Positions 38,743 to 47,830 of a stretch of 64,000 nucleotides of DNA are shown here, piece by piece. The stretch comes from Porphyridium purpureum (Eukaryota), in assembly GCA_008690995.1 (NCBI GenBank), contig VRMN01000008.1:558001-622000 (forward strand), written 5' to 3'. Every line of letters begins with the position of its first letter. The stretch's first letter is position 1. The translations under genes and the position numbers were made by a program. The notes beneath the pieces were generated by a model that did not search any database, was not told the DNA's origin, and worked only from the letters and a program-made list of their open reading frames with translations.

Positions 38743-40980
38743 TCACACGCCCTCAAGCGTGCTCAGTTTGCGGATTTCAAATACCAGCGTTGTTGTCGCG
38801 ACCATGATGCTCTTGAGAGACGGGTTCACTGCCTGTACAATACCTTCTACGCGTTTGTGGTAGCTCAGCAGCTGCGCGAGACAGCGCCGCAGCACGTCCA
38901 TTCCCATGTCGAGGTTTGGGAACTCGCGAAAAATCTCAGAGCGCATGTGCTCAATCACAAGCACATAATTATTAGTAAAGTTGCGCAGCACGAGCCGCAA
39001 TTTGGCCTCACTAATCTCTAGCTGCGAGCCCTTGTCGCGGTGCTTCTGCGCTAGACGAACAAGGCCCAGGACGTCTGGGAAATGATCCGATAACTGCTGC
39101 TCCACGTATGCAGCCGCGTGGCCCGCAACTGCGTCCTCGAACAGGCCGGCCTCCTCCATCGCCAGCGCCTCGGTCGTCCCCCTTCGCTCAGGCCCCGCAG
39201 GAGCATCAGCATCCGTCCTTGCGCGGCTGCTGGGCGAGCCTGACCCTTCTTCTTCGCGTGCCGAGGTGAGCGCCATATCTTGATGCCGCAGACCAGCTTC
39301 CTCCATAAATGAAAGCACCAGATCGTAATTGTTGATGAGGAACGCGTAGCGCAACTTGGGTTTCGGGTACAGCGCGGCGACGCGCTGAATCAGGCCCTGA
39401 TACTCGGCACGCAGACGCCGAAGTGTTTCACGAACCGTGTCGTCTGGACGCGGTGACGAGCTCATGCTGAGTACGCGCAGGACGCTGGCATTCATTTCGG
39501 CAAAGCGCCGAGACACGATTTTCGGACTCACGTCGTTTGGGTTTGAAAACAAGGATGCTGCGCTCGTGGACTGGAGCACCTTGACGTTTCCGTCGAGCAG
39601 CTCCTTCACTTTGGGCTTGAGTGCGATCGCGCCCTGCAAAAACAGCTCCTCCAGCTCTGGCAGTTTTCGGCGCTTCAATTCATGCGAAAAATTTTCGTTC
39701 ATCACCAAAAGAATCAGCAGACCAATGGGGTCGTGCGACGCGGCGACGTGCGTGCGCAGTGCATCCAGAATAATACCGACAATGGGTTCAAACAATGTGG
39801 CGAACAGAGCACCCGGCAGCTCGCCGAACAGGTGAACATCAAACACGGCTTCCGAACCACACGTGTCGAGCAGCATCTTGCACAACGATCGGTAGATTTC
39901 CTCGAATAGGAAACGCTGGTTCTTGGACGTCGCGACGGCCAAGATAACGGCCGGAGCCGCGAGGTTGGCGAGCGCGCGCTCGCGTTCGCCAAGACCGAAC
40001 AAGCTGCGGTGTTGGTGCTGCTGTTGCAGCATTTGTCCGATCGAGCCGAGCCAACCCTGACCCTGGTCCACCAGCAACTCGCCCTCGCGCCCTAGCTCGT
40101 CCTTGAGCTCAAGCAAGCCAGCCAAGTACTTGTTGAACAAGTGCGCGTACAGCACGGACATGGTGTCAATATAATCTGCGCGCACCTCAATGAACGATTC
40201 CGCGCTGTGGTCCTGCAAGAACTCGAACAAGTATTGCTGCTTGAGCAGCACGCTCTCCTTGATGATCTGAATGTTGGTGTTCGGGCGCTTGAGCATGGCG
40301 AGTTTGAGCAGCAGGTGGTCCCGCACGCGCGAGATGGCCTTGAGAAGCAGACGCTCGAGCTGCGGCCGCATTTCCCTGTATGCCGCAGATCGTTTGGTAT
40401 CTTCGAGCTCATAAAACGCCACTTTCTTGCTAAGCAGCTGAAGCGCGCTGGTGTACTTGTCGCTGCCGACGTGGCCGTCGACAATGCAGGCGACGAGCTC
40501 GATGGGCAGCATGATTTCGTCCAGGAATGCCGTGATGTGCGCCTCTGAGCGGCCCTTGAGCTGAGCGCTTCGGGAGCAAGCGACGGTCTCCATTTCGAGG
40601 CGCTTCATCTCGTCGATGAGCTGTGCGAGGCGATGCGAGTGCTGGAGCATCTGCGACTCGATTTGCAGCAGGCCGCTGTCGCACGCGCGCATGCTGTCAT
40701 TGAGCGCGTTGAGCGCGGCGCCCTGCTCGACAAAGCGCTCGATGGAGCCGGCCTCGATAGACCGAAGCTCTGCCTCTAGCTCGAACGCGAGCTTTGCGAG
40801 CTCGGCGTCTGCCAAGGCGTCGGCATCGCGCAGCACGTGCGCGACGCGCTCGGAGCGCAGTGCGGCTGCCATTTCGTCCAAGTCGAGCGCGAAGAGGTCA
40901 TCGTCCTGCTTTGTGTCGAGCGCCAGCGTGCTCCACAGCAGCTCGGTCTCCTCCAGAAACACCGCGCTCCCTGCCTCCAT
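38743..40980 (-). CDS. VPS52: GARP/EARP subunit Vps52
   Basis: CDSGL.QIE, LERL..KAISRVRD.LL.K...LKRPNTNIQII..SVLLK, YIDTMS, FEEIYRS, SRRFAEM, FLINNYDL, FPN; start at ATG 40980. Confidence 0.92.
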   Translation of the reverse strand: MEAGSAVFLEETELLWSTLALDTKQDDDLFALDLDEMAAALRSERVAHVLRDADALADAELAKLAFELEAELRSIEAGSIERFVEQGAALNALNDSMRACDSGLLQIESQMLQHSHRLAQLIDEMKRLEMETVACSRSAQLKGRSEAHITAFLDEIMLPIELVACIVDGHVGSDKYTSALQLLSKKVAFYELEDTKRSAAYREMRPQLERLLLKAISRVRDHLLLKLAMLKRPNTNIQIIKESVLLKQQYLFEFLQDHSAESFIEVRADYIDTMSVLYAHLFNKYLAGLLELKDELGREGELLVDQGQGWLGSIGQMLQQQHQHRSLFGLGERERALANLAAPAVILAVATSKNQRFLFEEIYRSLCKMLLDTCGSEAVFDVHLFGELPGALFATLFEPIVGIILDALRTHVAASHDPIGLLILLVMNENFSHELKRRKLPELEELFLQGAIALKPKVKELLDGNVKVLQSTSAASLFSNPNDVSPKIVSRRFAEMNASVLRVLSMSSSPRPDDTVRETLRRLRAEYQGLIQRVAALYPKPKLRYAFLINNYDLVLSFMEEAGLRHQDMALTSAREEEGSGSPSSRARTDADAPAGPERRGTTEALAMEEAGLFEDAVAGHAAAYVEQQLSDHFPDVLGLVRLAQKHRDKGSQLEISEAKLRLVLRNFTNNYVLVIEHMRSEIFREFPNLDMGMDVLRRCLAQLLSYHKRVEGIVQAVNPSLKSIMVATTTLVFEIRKLSTLEGV

Positions 40981-41317
40981 CTTCTCCCTGTTCCCTCTCT
41001 CCCTCATTCTCTCTCCATCCCGCACGAACCTCAGAAGTTCTCTTGAAACTGTATCCAACCGATAACCCGATAAACCGAATGTGCCGGTCGATGAAGCGCG
41101 TGAAACGAACCGAACCACCGCGCCCAAGTGGCGCCGCAAGCGGTTAGCCGCCAGCCGAACGCGACCGCGCGTGCGGCACAAGAGGCCAACCGGTCGACAC
41201 TGTACCCTTCCACAGACTGGAAGAGTTGTGATTTTCGGCATTTTCGGGGGCATGTTTGGAGGCGGCACGCGGAGTACAGTGATTGCGCCATTCGTTCCGC
41301 CATTCCCTCGCATTCAC

Positions 41318-41373
41318 GCGCGAAAAGTGGGCACGAGCGGAAGCGAAACGCGCGCGTGTTGCGGCTTTGGCGC
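41318..41373. promoter_or_regulatory. E2F-type sites upstream of RPA2
   Basis: GCGCGAAA (41318-41325) and TTTGGCGC (41366-41373). Confidence 0.5.
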
Positions 41374-41535
41374 CACGTGCTGGTGAGAAGGAAGAGAAGG
41401 AGATAGAGAGAGGGAGAGAGAGAAGGAGGCAGGGAGGCAGGGAGGCAGGGAGGCAGGGAGGCAGCGAGGCAGCGAGGCGGCAAGAGAGCGAGGCAGCAGC
41501 TCAGCTCAAAGGCAAGGCAGCGAGAGAGAAGGGAG

Positions 41536-42426
41536 ATGGCGGGGTACGGAGGTGGATATGGAGGTGGGTATGGAGGGGGAGGGGGATATATGGTGAATTA
41601 TGGGGATGCGGCAGGTGGGTATGGAGGTGGGTTTGGCACGCAGACGGCCGGGGGAATGGGAGCAGATGGGTTTGCGCAGGGCGGGCGGGCCATGGCGTGC
41701 GTGCCCGTGACTCTGCGGCAGCTGCTGCACGCGGAGAATCGGAACCAGGACGATAATTTCACCGTCGACGGACTGCCCGTGCAGTCCGTCACCACCGTCG
41801 CGTGGATTCTGCACGTGGAAAAGCTCGCCACGGAGATCAGGTTTGTGCTGTGTGACTTTACAGGCTCCATCACGGCAAACTTTAAGCTCGATCCCACCAT
41901 GCCGTCCAATGCGCAGCAGAGCTTGCAGGAGCGCACCTATGTGCGCGCCATCGGAAAACTGAACAGCATGGAGGGCGAGCGTTTCCTTACGCTCGACCAC
42001 GTGTGGGCCATAGAAGACCACAACGAGGTCACCTTTCATCGCGTCGAAATCGTGCACATGCACATGCGCCAGGCAAAGGAGCGCTCGGGCGGCGTCATGG
42101 CCGCGGCCGCGGCTGCGGGCATGCACGGCCACGCACAACCTGTACAGCCTGCGGCGCAGTTTGGTGCAAACGCCAGTGCCATGGGTGACCATCATGCAGC
42201 CTATGGCGCAAACGGTATGACGCCTGCGCAGCAGGCGCTGCTCAGCTCGATTACAAGTCTGCACGTGTCACACCCCAACGGCGTTCACCAGGACGATGCA
42301 TTTGCAGGCCTGCAAAGCCGCTTCTCGCGCGACGATCTCACGCAGGCACTCGATTTCTTGCAAATGGAGGGACACATTTACACAACCGTATCTGAAGCAC
42401 ACTTTTCACCATGCATGACTGGGTAG
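41536..42426 (+). CDS. RPA2: Replication protein A 32-kDa subunit
   Basis: Gly-rich N-terminus; VPVTLRQL, D.TG.I, YVRAIG, DHNEVTFH..E OB-fold; C-terminal winged helix ALDFLQMEGHIYTTV..HF. Confidence 0.92.
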   Translation: MAGYGGGYGGGYGGGGGYMVNYGDAAGGYGGGFGTQTAGGMGADGFAQGGRAMACVPVTLRQLLHAENRNQDDNFTVDGLPVQSVTTVAWILHVEKLATEIRFVLCDFTGSITANFKLDPTMPSNAQQSLQERTYVRAIGKLNSMEGERFLTLDHVWAIEDHNEVTFHRVEIVHMHMRQAKERSGGVMAAAAAAGMHGHAQPVQPAAQFGANASAMGDHHAAYGANGMTPAQQALLSSITSLHVSHPNGVHQDDAFAGLQSRFSRDDLTQALDFLQMEGHIYTTVSEAHFSPCMTG

Positions 42427-42743
42427 CTGAAAATCAGAGAAAAGCCGTGTTGCGGCGTCTCCATGGTAAGGCGTCGACGTGTCGGATGGTGAGGGTTCAA
42501 TCTGTGAATTTAATCATTTTCTGGGTGCGGGTCCGCTCAACATGCACCGAATGTCTTTCTCCTCCTCCGGTCTCGCAAATCATTTGAGACTTGCGCGTCC
42601 AAACTGCAGCATGAGTCCACGATGCGCACTATCAAGGGGGTTGTACATACCCGGAAAAGAGCCTGATCAAGCATCTGTGGGCGGTGTACCATCGGGTTCT
42701 GAATATCGATCACCGGCGCGCAGATTATCAGCGACACAAATTC

Positions 42744-45700
42744 TCAAGACAAGCTGCACCGAGGAAAGGATTTCTTTGCTTCCCCGGACTCTGGAGTTGA
42801 CCCTCGCAAAGTCGCAAGCGCAAGCCCTTGTGCACTGGATTCAGCTTGCTTTGAGTTCTTCCCCTCAGCATCTGACGGCTGGACATTCCCGTCCAGAGGA
42901 TCGTCCTCGGCTTTCTGTTGGCTTTCTCCCGCGTTTTGATGGTCCTGTGCGCCGTTCCTTTCTTCCAGTGCGGCAGCTGACTTGTCTTGCGCGCCATCCG
43001 CGTCAAAATCCGAAGCGTACCACCCAAAAAACGTTTTTGCCATGTCAAGCACATGATCCGCGGCTGTTGTTTCCACCTCGGCGAGCCACTCCCTTGCATC
43101 CTCCACAGCGCCTCTGATCTGTTCATAGTCCTTGTGTGAAGCACTCGGCAGCTTACCCTCAATGGCGCACTCCGCCAGACTGAATTCGGCCAGTTCATTC
43201 CGTGACGCTTGGAGCCATGCTCCTTGGTCATGACCAAAAAATTGCAGCCAAATCCTGCCTGTCTTTGGGTGTATCCACTGTCTGCTCTTCACGTTCGGTA
43301 GCACGACACCTGGCCACCATGGAAATCCACGCACCTTTCCCCATGCCACGCTACCCAGCTTGACCTTACCATCAAGAACCCTTGACACAGGTGCACACGT
43401 CCCTGCATTGGATGAATGGGACGGAGAATTGCGTGAGTGATTGCGGCTTGCTCCACCCTTTTCAGCAGCATCCCTCTCCACTATCTCGCCCTGGGAACTC
43501 TTCTCTAATGCGTGAGCCCCATCCTTCCCGTCACTCGAAGCGTCGAGCACAGCTTCCAGACGGCTTTCGATCTCGGAAGGAGCAAGCTTAGGGACAGGTG
43601 CTTCAATGAATGTCGGGACTATCCTACTGGTCGTCTCTTCAAACGGGCTTTGAGTGCTTGCTCTGCTCTGCAATGCGATGCGCGCGCTCTTGGGCGAATC
43701 CCTGCTTGGATTCTTGCCAATCACAAGTTTAGCATTCTTGTCGTTAGATCGCGCCAATTCGTCTCCACGCACAACTTCAGCATTTATCGCTTCAGGAATA
43801 GTTTCGGTCTCTTCCTCCTTTGGCCTCGACGGCGCTTTATCCGAGTCGCGCTCTTCGTCCGACGATGTCTCCCTTCCGTGTTCGTTATCAGAATCGGTGT
43901 CCTGTGTGCAGTTGTTGTGCTGAGAGAAGCGCATGAAAAGCGCGAGTTTGAGCTTCACCGGAATGCATTTCTCCGTACGATCGAGCGAGATGCAGTGACT
44001 CACCCGCTGCAAAGCCTTGAGCAAGCGCGTCAACAATCCGCGCTGCTTGGGGCTAAGCTCGCCTACGAAGGAAAGGTCGATGAGAAGCGTGAGCGCAGTG
44101 TCAAGCTCTCTTTCCATTTGCCTGTACTCGGACGGGTCACCTGTGAATCTACCAACTGCAATGTCCACGCAACCAACAAGGTACGCGAGCAGCTCGGATC
44201 GTGGCGCCTGAGCGAGTGCGTGCTCTGCGCGCTTTCCGTGCACTTGCAGACTCAGCAATTCGAGAATAAGATTTCGCCGAATCGTCCATGCGCCTGAAAC
44301 ATTTCTGAGCAGAAACGAAATCGTGTCCATTGCGACACCATTCACGACCAATGCATCTGCTTCCTCAAAGTGGACGGGAGGATACAACAGGTTGTGCACC
44401 GCGTGCAGCAGACTTTCGTGCTCAGTCCATCGCGGCAACGTACGCAGAAGAAGCGTCGCCACCCAGTGCGCAATGCCGGACACCAGAGCGTGATGCGTGC
44501 GCATCTGGTTCAAGGCTACGACCAAAAACACCAGCCAAAGGGCGTCCTGTACAAGATCGGTCATTACTGTATGGTCTTCAAGTGGACAATGTGCAATCAA
44601 GTATGCCAGACGCAGCGAAGATAGCACCATCCAGCGGCCCACGCGAATTCCACATCGCTCACTAAACGCTCGATTCCCGCCCGCCTCAGCGTGCACTGAG
44701 CTATCCATGACAAGAAGCTCGGAGAGGTATTCACGCGCACTTTCACCGACACCGATTGACATGCCAAGGAGCGCCGTCCAGACACTTTTCGACGAGCCAG
44801 AAGCGCCCTTCAGAAGATCAAATGTGTAAGAGGCGCTTCGATCTGGCACGACTCCCTTTCTGCCGCTTGGAAGCGGCGCGCACTGGCCGTGTGAGAAGAG
44901 AAGGCCCAATAAATAATAATATTTGCCCGCTGCCGTTTCTTGTTCGATATCCGAGTCATGGAATGCGCGCGTGGCATGCCAGAATGCACAGTCTGCTTCG
45001 TTGCTGGTCAAGGACATTTCGGCATACATGAAAAAAACAGACTTTGGTCGATCGCAAATATTGGACCAAGGGGTGGCCATTCCAGAGCGAACTGACCGGG
45101 CAGTACATGTCAGGTCCACCCACTGCTCCAGCAATTTGCGCACGAGGGTCTGCTTTGCAATATCTAATTCTTCTTCTCCGAGCTGCTCACTGGCCTGCGA
45201 ATTCAGAAGCACGTGGCGAGCGCCATCGTTCGGCTCCCAGCTTTCTCGGGACTCACGCAAGCCGTCTTGATCACTACCAGCGCCAATGCTCTTCAAAATA
45301 TTCTCAAAAGTCCCTCCTTGGTCTGCAGTAGAATCGGCGATCTGCCGGCGTAATTCAGCAATCTGCTGCTGCTTTTCTACTTTCACCTTGCGCTCCGCCA
45401 AAAATGCGTCCACATTTGACTCACGACGTACCATCTCGTTCCGCCGGCGCGCCACGACGCCACTAGGTACGCCGAGCGCTGCCACCCGTTCATCCATCCA
45501 AGAGTCAGCCGGAGCAGATGTGCTGTCCGTGCCCGTCAAAGTACCGTTTTCTTTCCGCTTTTCGATGCGTGTGAGAAGGTCACGTTCCTCTTCCGAGCCG
45601 AGCTCGCTGCTTGATGCCGAGCTTGACTGGCTTGGCTCCGGGCATGGCTCGGAGGTGCTGAGGACTACATCAGACACACGTCGTGATTTGCGTCCAGTTT

Positions 45701-46562
45701 GTGATGCCCACGCAGGTCGCTTCAGCTCATCGTCAGAATCGGTTCCGTTCGACTCGGCCTCTCGGACCCTTCTTCTTCTTCTTCCTGAACTGCTGTCATT
45801 CTCACCGGTACAACAGGCGGCCTTTGCAGGAGACTTGTTCGATGGTGACCTATTTGCGTGGTCTACGGGTTCGATTATTCGATCCTTGGAGCCGTAGCCA
45901 GTCGCACGATTTCTTGTGGCCTTAGCGAGTTCGAGCGGTGAACGCAGCTGGTCCTTTTCGGCCCTTTTCTCCGCACGTGTATGCGACGCAGTCGATTCCA
46001 ACCCACCGACGCGTCGACGTGCACATGCTGGCTCATCAGCAGTTTCTGCATCATCTGGAGCGTGGCTGACAATGGAGCTCCTCTTCGGGACTGGTACGAA
46101 CCAGGGGCGAGGTAGCCGTCTTTGTGAACGTAAACAACTCTTCTGCAAGACACCACCAGAGGGAAAAGGCGCCGCTTTCGGCGACATCGGAACTCGCTCT
46201 TCGGACTGCGTCAAATCCACAGTTTCACGGCTCATCTTCATCGGGTTGCGGCGCTTCTTTGCTGTGCCAGTTGCGACAGCAACCAGCTTGGCCTGCCCTC
46301 TCTCAGACGACGAAGAACTCGTCTGAGTCAGGTCTATTGGCGCCTCGTTAGCGGCACCACTCACCGTGTTTCTGTGCGCGCGAGCACGAGCACGTTTCGG
46401 CTTCCTCCTGATCGATTCTTGAACAAAAGTAACCCCGTCCGATTCCTCCTCGAGCCCGCTCGACTGCACCGCTGCTGCCAGCAAAAACGGAGGCGGTCGC
46501 AACGCGGCCGCGTCCGACTCTGAACTTGACCTGGAAGCTCGCAGTGTGTCTTCGTGCTTCAT
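42744..46562 (-). CDS. Large nuclear protein with C-terminal PWWP domain; helical core tentatively SLF2/Nse6 (FAM178)-like
   Basis: 1272 aa; disordered basic N-terminus with IDLT/VDLT SIM-like motifs; helical middle region; VAWGKVRGFPWWPG PWWP domain at about 43017-43361. Confidence 0.75.
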   Translation of the reverse strand: MKHEDTLRASRSSSESDAAALRPPPFLLAAAVQSSGLEEESDGVTFVQESIRRKPKRARARAHRNTVSGAANEAPIDLTQTSSSSSERGQAKLVAVATGTAKKRRNPMKMSRETVDLTQSEERVPMSPKAAPFPSGGVLQKSCLRSQRRLPRPWFVPVPKRSSIVSHAPDDAETADEPACARRRVGGLESTASHTRAEKRAEKDQLRSPLELAKATRNRATGYGSKDRIIEPVDHANRSPSNKSPAKAACCTGENDSSSGRRRRRVREAESNGTDSDDELKRPAWASQTGRKSRRVSDVVLSTSEPCPEPSQSSSASSSELGSEEERDLLTRIEKRKENGTLTGTDSTSAPADSWMDERVAALGVPSGVVARRRNEMVRRESNVDAFLAERKVKVEKQQQIAELRRQIADSTADQGGTFENILKSIGAGSDQDGLRESRESWEPNDGARHVLLNSQASEQLGEEELDIAKQTLVRKLLEQWVDLTCTARSVRSGMATPWSNICDRPKSVFFMYAEMSLTSNEADCAFWHATRAFHDSDIEQETAAGKYYYLLGLLFSHGQCAPLPSGRKGVVPDRSASYTFDLLKGASGSSKSVWTALLGMSIGVGESAREYLSELLVMDSSVHAEAGGNRAFSERCGIRVGRWMVLSSLRLAYLIAHCPLEDHTVMTDLVQDALWLVFLVVALNQMRTHHALVSGIAHWVATLLLRTLPRWTEHESLLHAVHNLLYPPVHFEEADALVVNGVAMDTISFLLRNVSGAWTIRRNLILELLSLQVHGKRAEHALAQAPRSELLAYLVGCVDIAVGRFTGDPSEYRQMERELDTALTLLIDLSFVGELSPKQRGLLTRLLKALQRVSHCISLDRTEKCIPVKLKLALFMRFSQHNNCTQDTDSDNEHGRETSSDEERDSDKAPSRPKEEETETIPEAINAEVVRGDELARSNDKNAKLVIGKNPSRDSPKSARIALQSRASTQSPFEETTSRIVPTFIEAPVPKLAPSEIESRLEAVLDASSDGKDGAHALEKSSQGEIVERDAAEKGGASRNHSRNSPSHSSNAGTCAPVSRVLDGKVKLGSVAWGKVRGFPWWPGVVLPNVKSRQWIHPKTGRIWLQFFGHDQGAWLQASRNELAEFSLAECAIEGKLPSASHKDYEQIRGAVEDAREWLAEVETTAADHVLDMAKTFFGWYASDFDADGAQDKSAAALEERNGAQDHQNAGESQQKAEDDPLDGNVQPSDAEGKNSKQAESSAQGLALATLRGSTPESGEAKKSFPRCSLS

Positions 46563-46713
46563 GTGTGCCGCCTGAGTCTACATGCGCAAAGTAGACTGCC
46601 GCAACGTCGTCCGGATTGTCTTCAACGTTTTGCACAAGCGCATTGATGGACGCACAGCCGAGCTGCAGCAAACGTGCGCGAGTAAGCGGGGTGGTCTCGT
46701 GAGCACACTCGCC

Positions 46714-47721
46714 ATGCTCACGGAAGTGGTCGCACGGGATGGAACTCGGCTCCACGTGGTGCACTTTGGCCGCGACGATGATGCTGTAGACGATGCGGGA
46801 TTTTTGGAAGGAGCCCCGAAGACGGCGCTGGTTGTGCACGGTTTGGGGGAGCACAGCGGACGGTACGCGCACATAGCGGCGCAGCTACGCACGCGCGGGT
46901 TTGATGTATGGAGTTACGACCATCGCGGACACGGCCGCTCGCAAGGCGCGCGCGGCGTTCTGGCTGAGAGCGAGGACTTGTTGCATGACTGCGCCGCGGT
47001 GATTGACGCCGTGCTGAAGGAGAAGAAGCTCGATGGCAGTGTGATGAGCGCGACCGATGGCGCGACATCACAGCATGTAGAGCAGCAGCAGCAGCAGCAA
47101 CCAGTGCTGCTATTGCTCGGTCACTCCATGGGCGGGGCGGTAGTCGGGCGGTTTGTTGCTGAGCACACATACCCGGTGGACAAGCGCGCCAAGTGGTACC
47201 GGCCAGTTACGTACTGCGTGTTGTCCAGCCCAGCGCTCGCTGCAGATCTTTCGCGTTACCAGAGGTTCATGAACGTGACAGTAGCCAGACTCGCCAAGGA
47301 TGTGACTGTGAGCAACGGGCTGGAGGCCGCGTGGCTATCGAACGATCCCAAGGTCGTGCAGGCCTTTCTCGACGACCCTCTCAACCACAATCGCATTTCT
47401 GGGCGCTTAGCTAACTTCATTTTCAAGGCCGGCGACGAGACGATTGAAGCCGCACCAACATGGAATGTGCCCACGCTTGTGATGTACTCGGTCCACGACA
47501 AATGCGTCGCGCCGCGCGGCAGTGCGGCGTTCGTCACCGCAGCGCCCCAGGTCGTGGTTACGGGACGCCCGTTTGAGGAGATGGGCCACGAACTTTTCAA
47601 TGAACCGGAGAAGGCAGGTGTGTTCGCATGCATGCTGGATTGGATATCTGCGCAATTTGTTCAGGTCGGGAAGGTTGCCATCGAAACGACAGCTGACGCG
47701 CTCGCCAAAGTTGCAGTTTAA
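46714..47721 (+). CDS. Alpha/beta hydrolase (lysophospholipase/monoacylglycerol lipase-like)
   Basis: VHGLGEHSGRY, YDHRGHGRS.G.RG, GHSMGG nucleophile elbow, catalytic Asp (HDKCV), HELFNE. Confidence 0.92.
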   Translation: MLTEVVARDGTRLHVVHFGRDDDAVDDAGFLEGAPKTALVVHGLGEHSGRYAHIAAQLRTRGFDVWSYDHRGHGRSQGARGVLAESEDLLHDCAAVIDAVLKEKKLDGSVMSATDGATSQHVEQQQQQQPVLLLLGHSMGGAVVGRFVAEHTYPVDKRAKWYRPVTYCVLSSPALAADLSRYQRFMNVTVARLAKDVTVSNGLEAAWLSNDPKVVQAFLDDPLNHNRISGRLANFIFKAGDETIEAAPTWNVPTLVMYSVHDKCVAPRGSAAFVTAAPQVVVTGRPFEEMGHELFNEPEKAGVFACMLDWISAQFVQVGKVAIETTADALAKVAV

Positions 47722-47830
47722 TCCATCAGCTCGGGGTGTCCGATTATTATGAAAATTATAAACGTGTCGGGAACCAACCAGGGCACGCAAACGATCCAAT
47801 GTTGCATTTTTCGTCACAACGTTACTCAAA

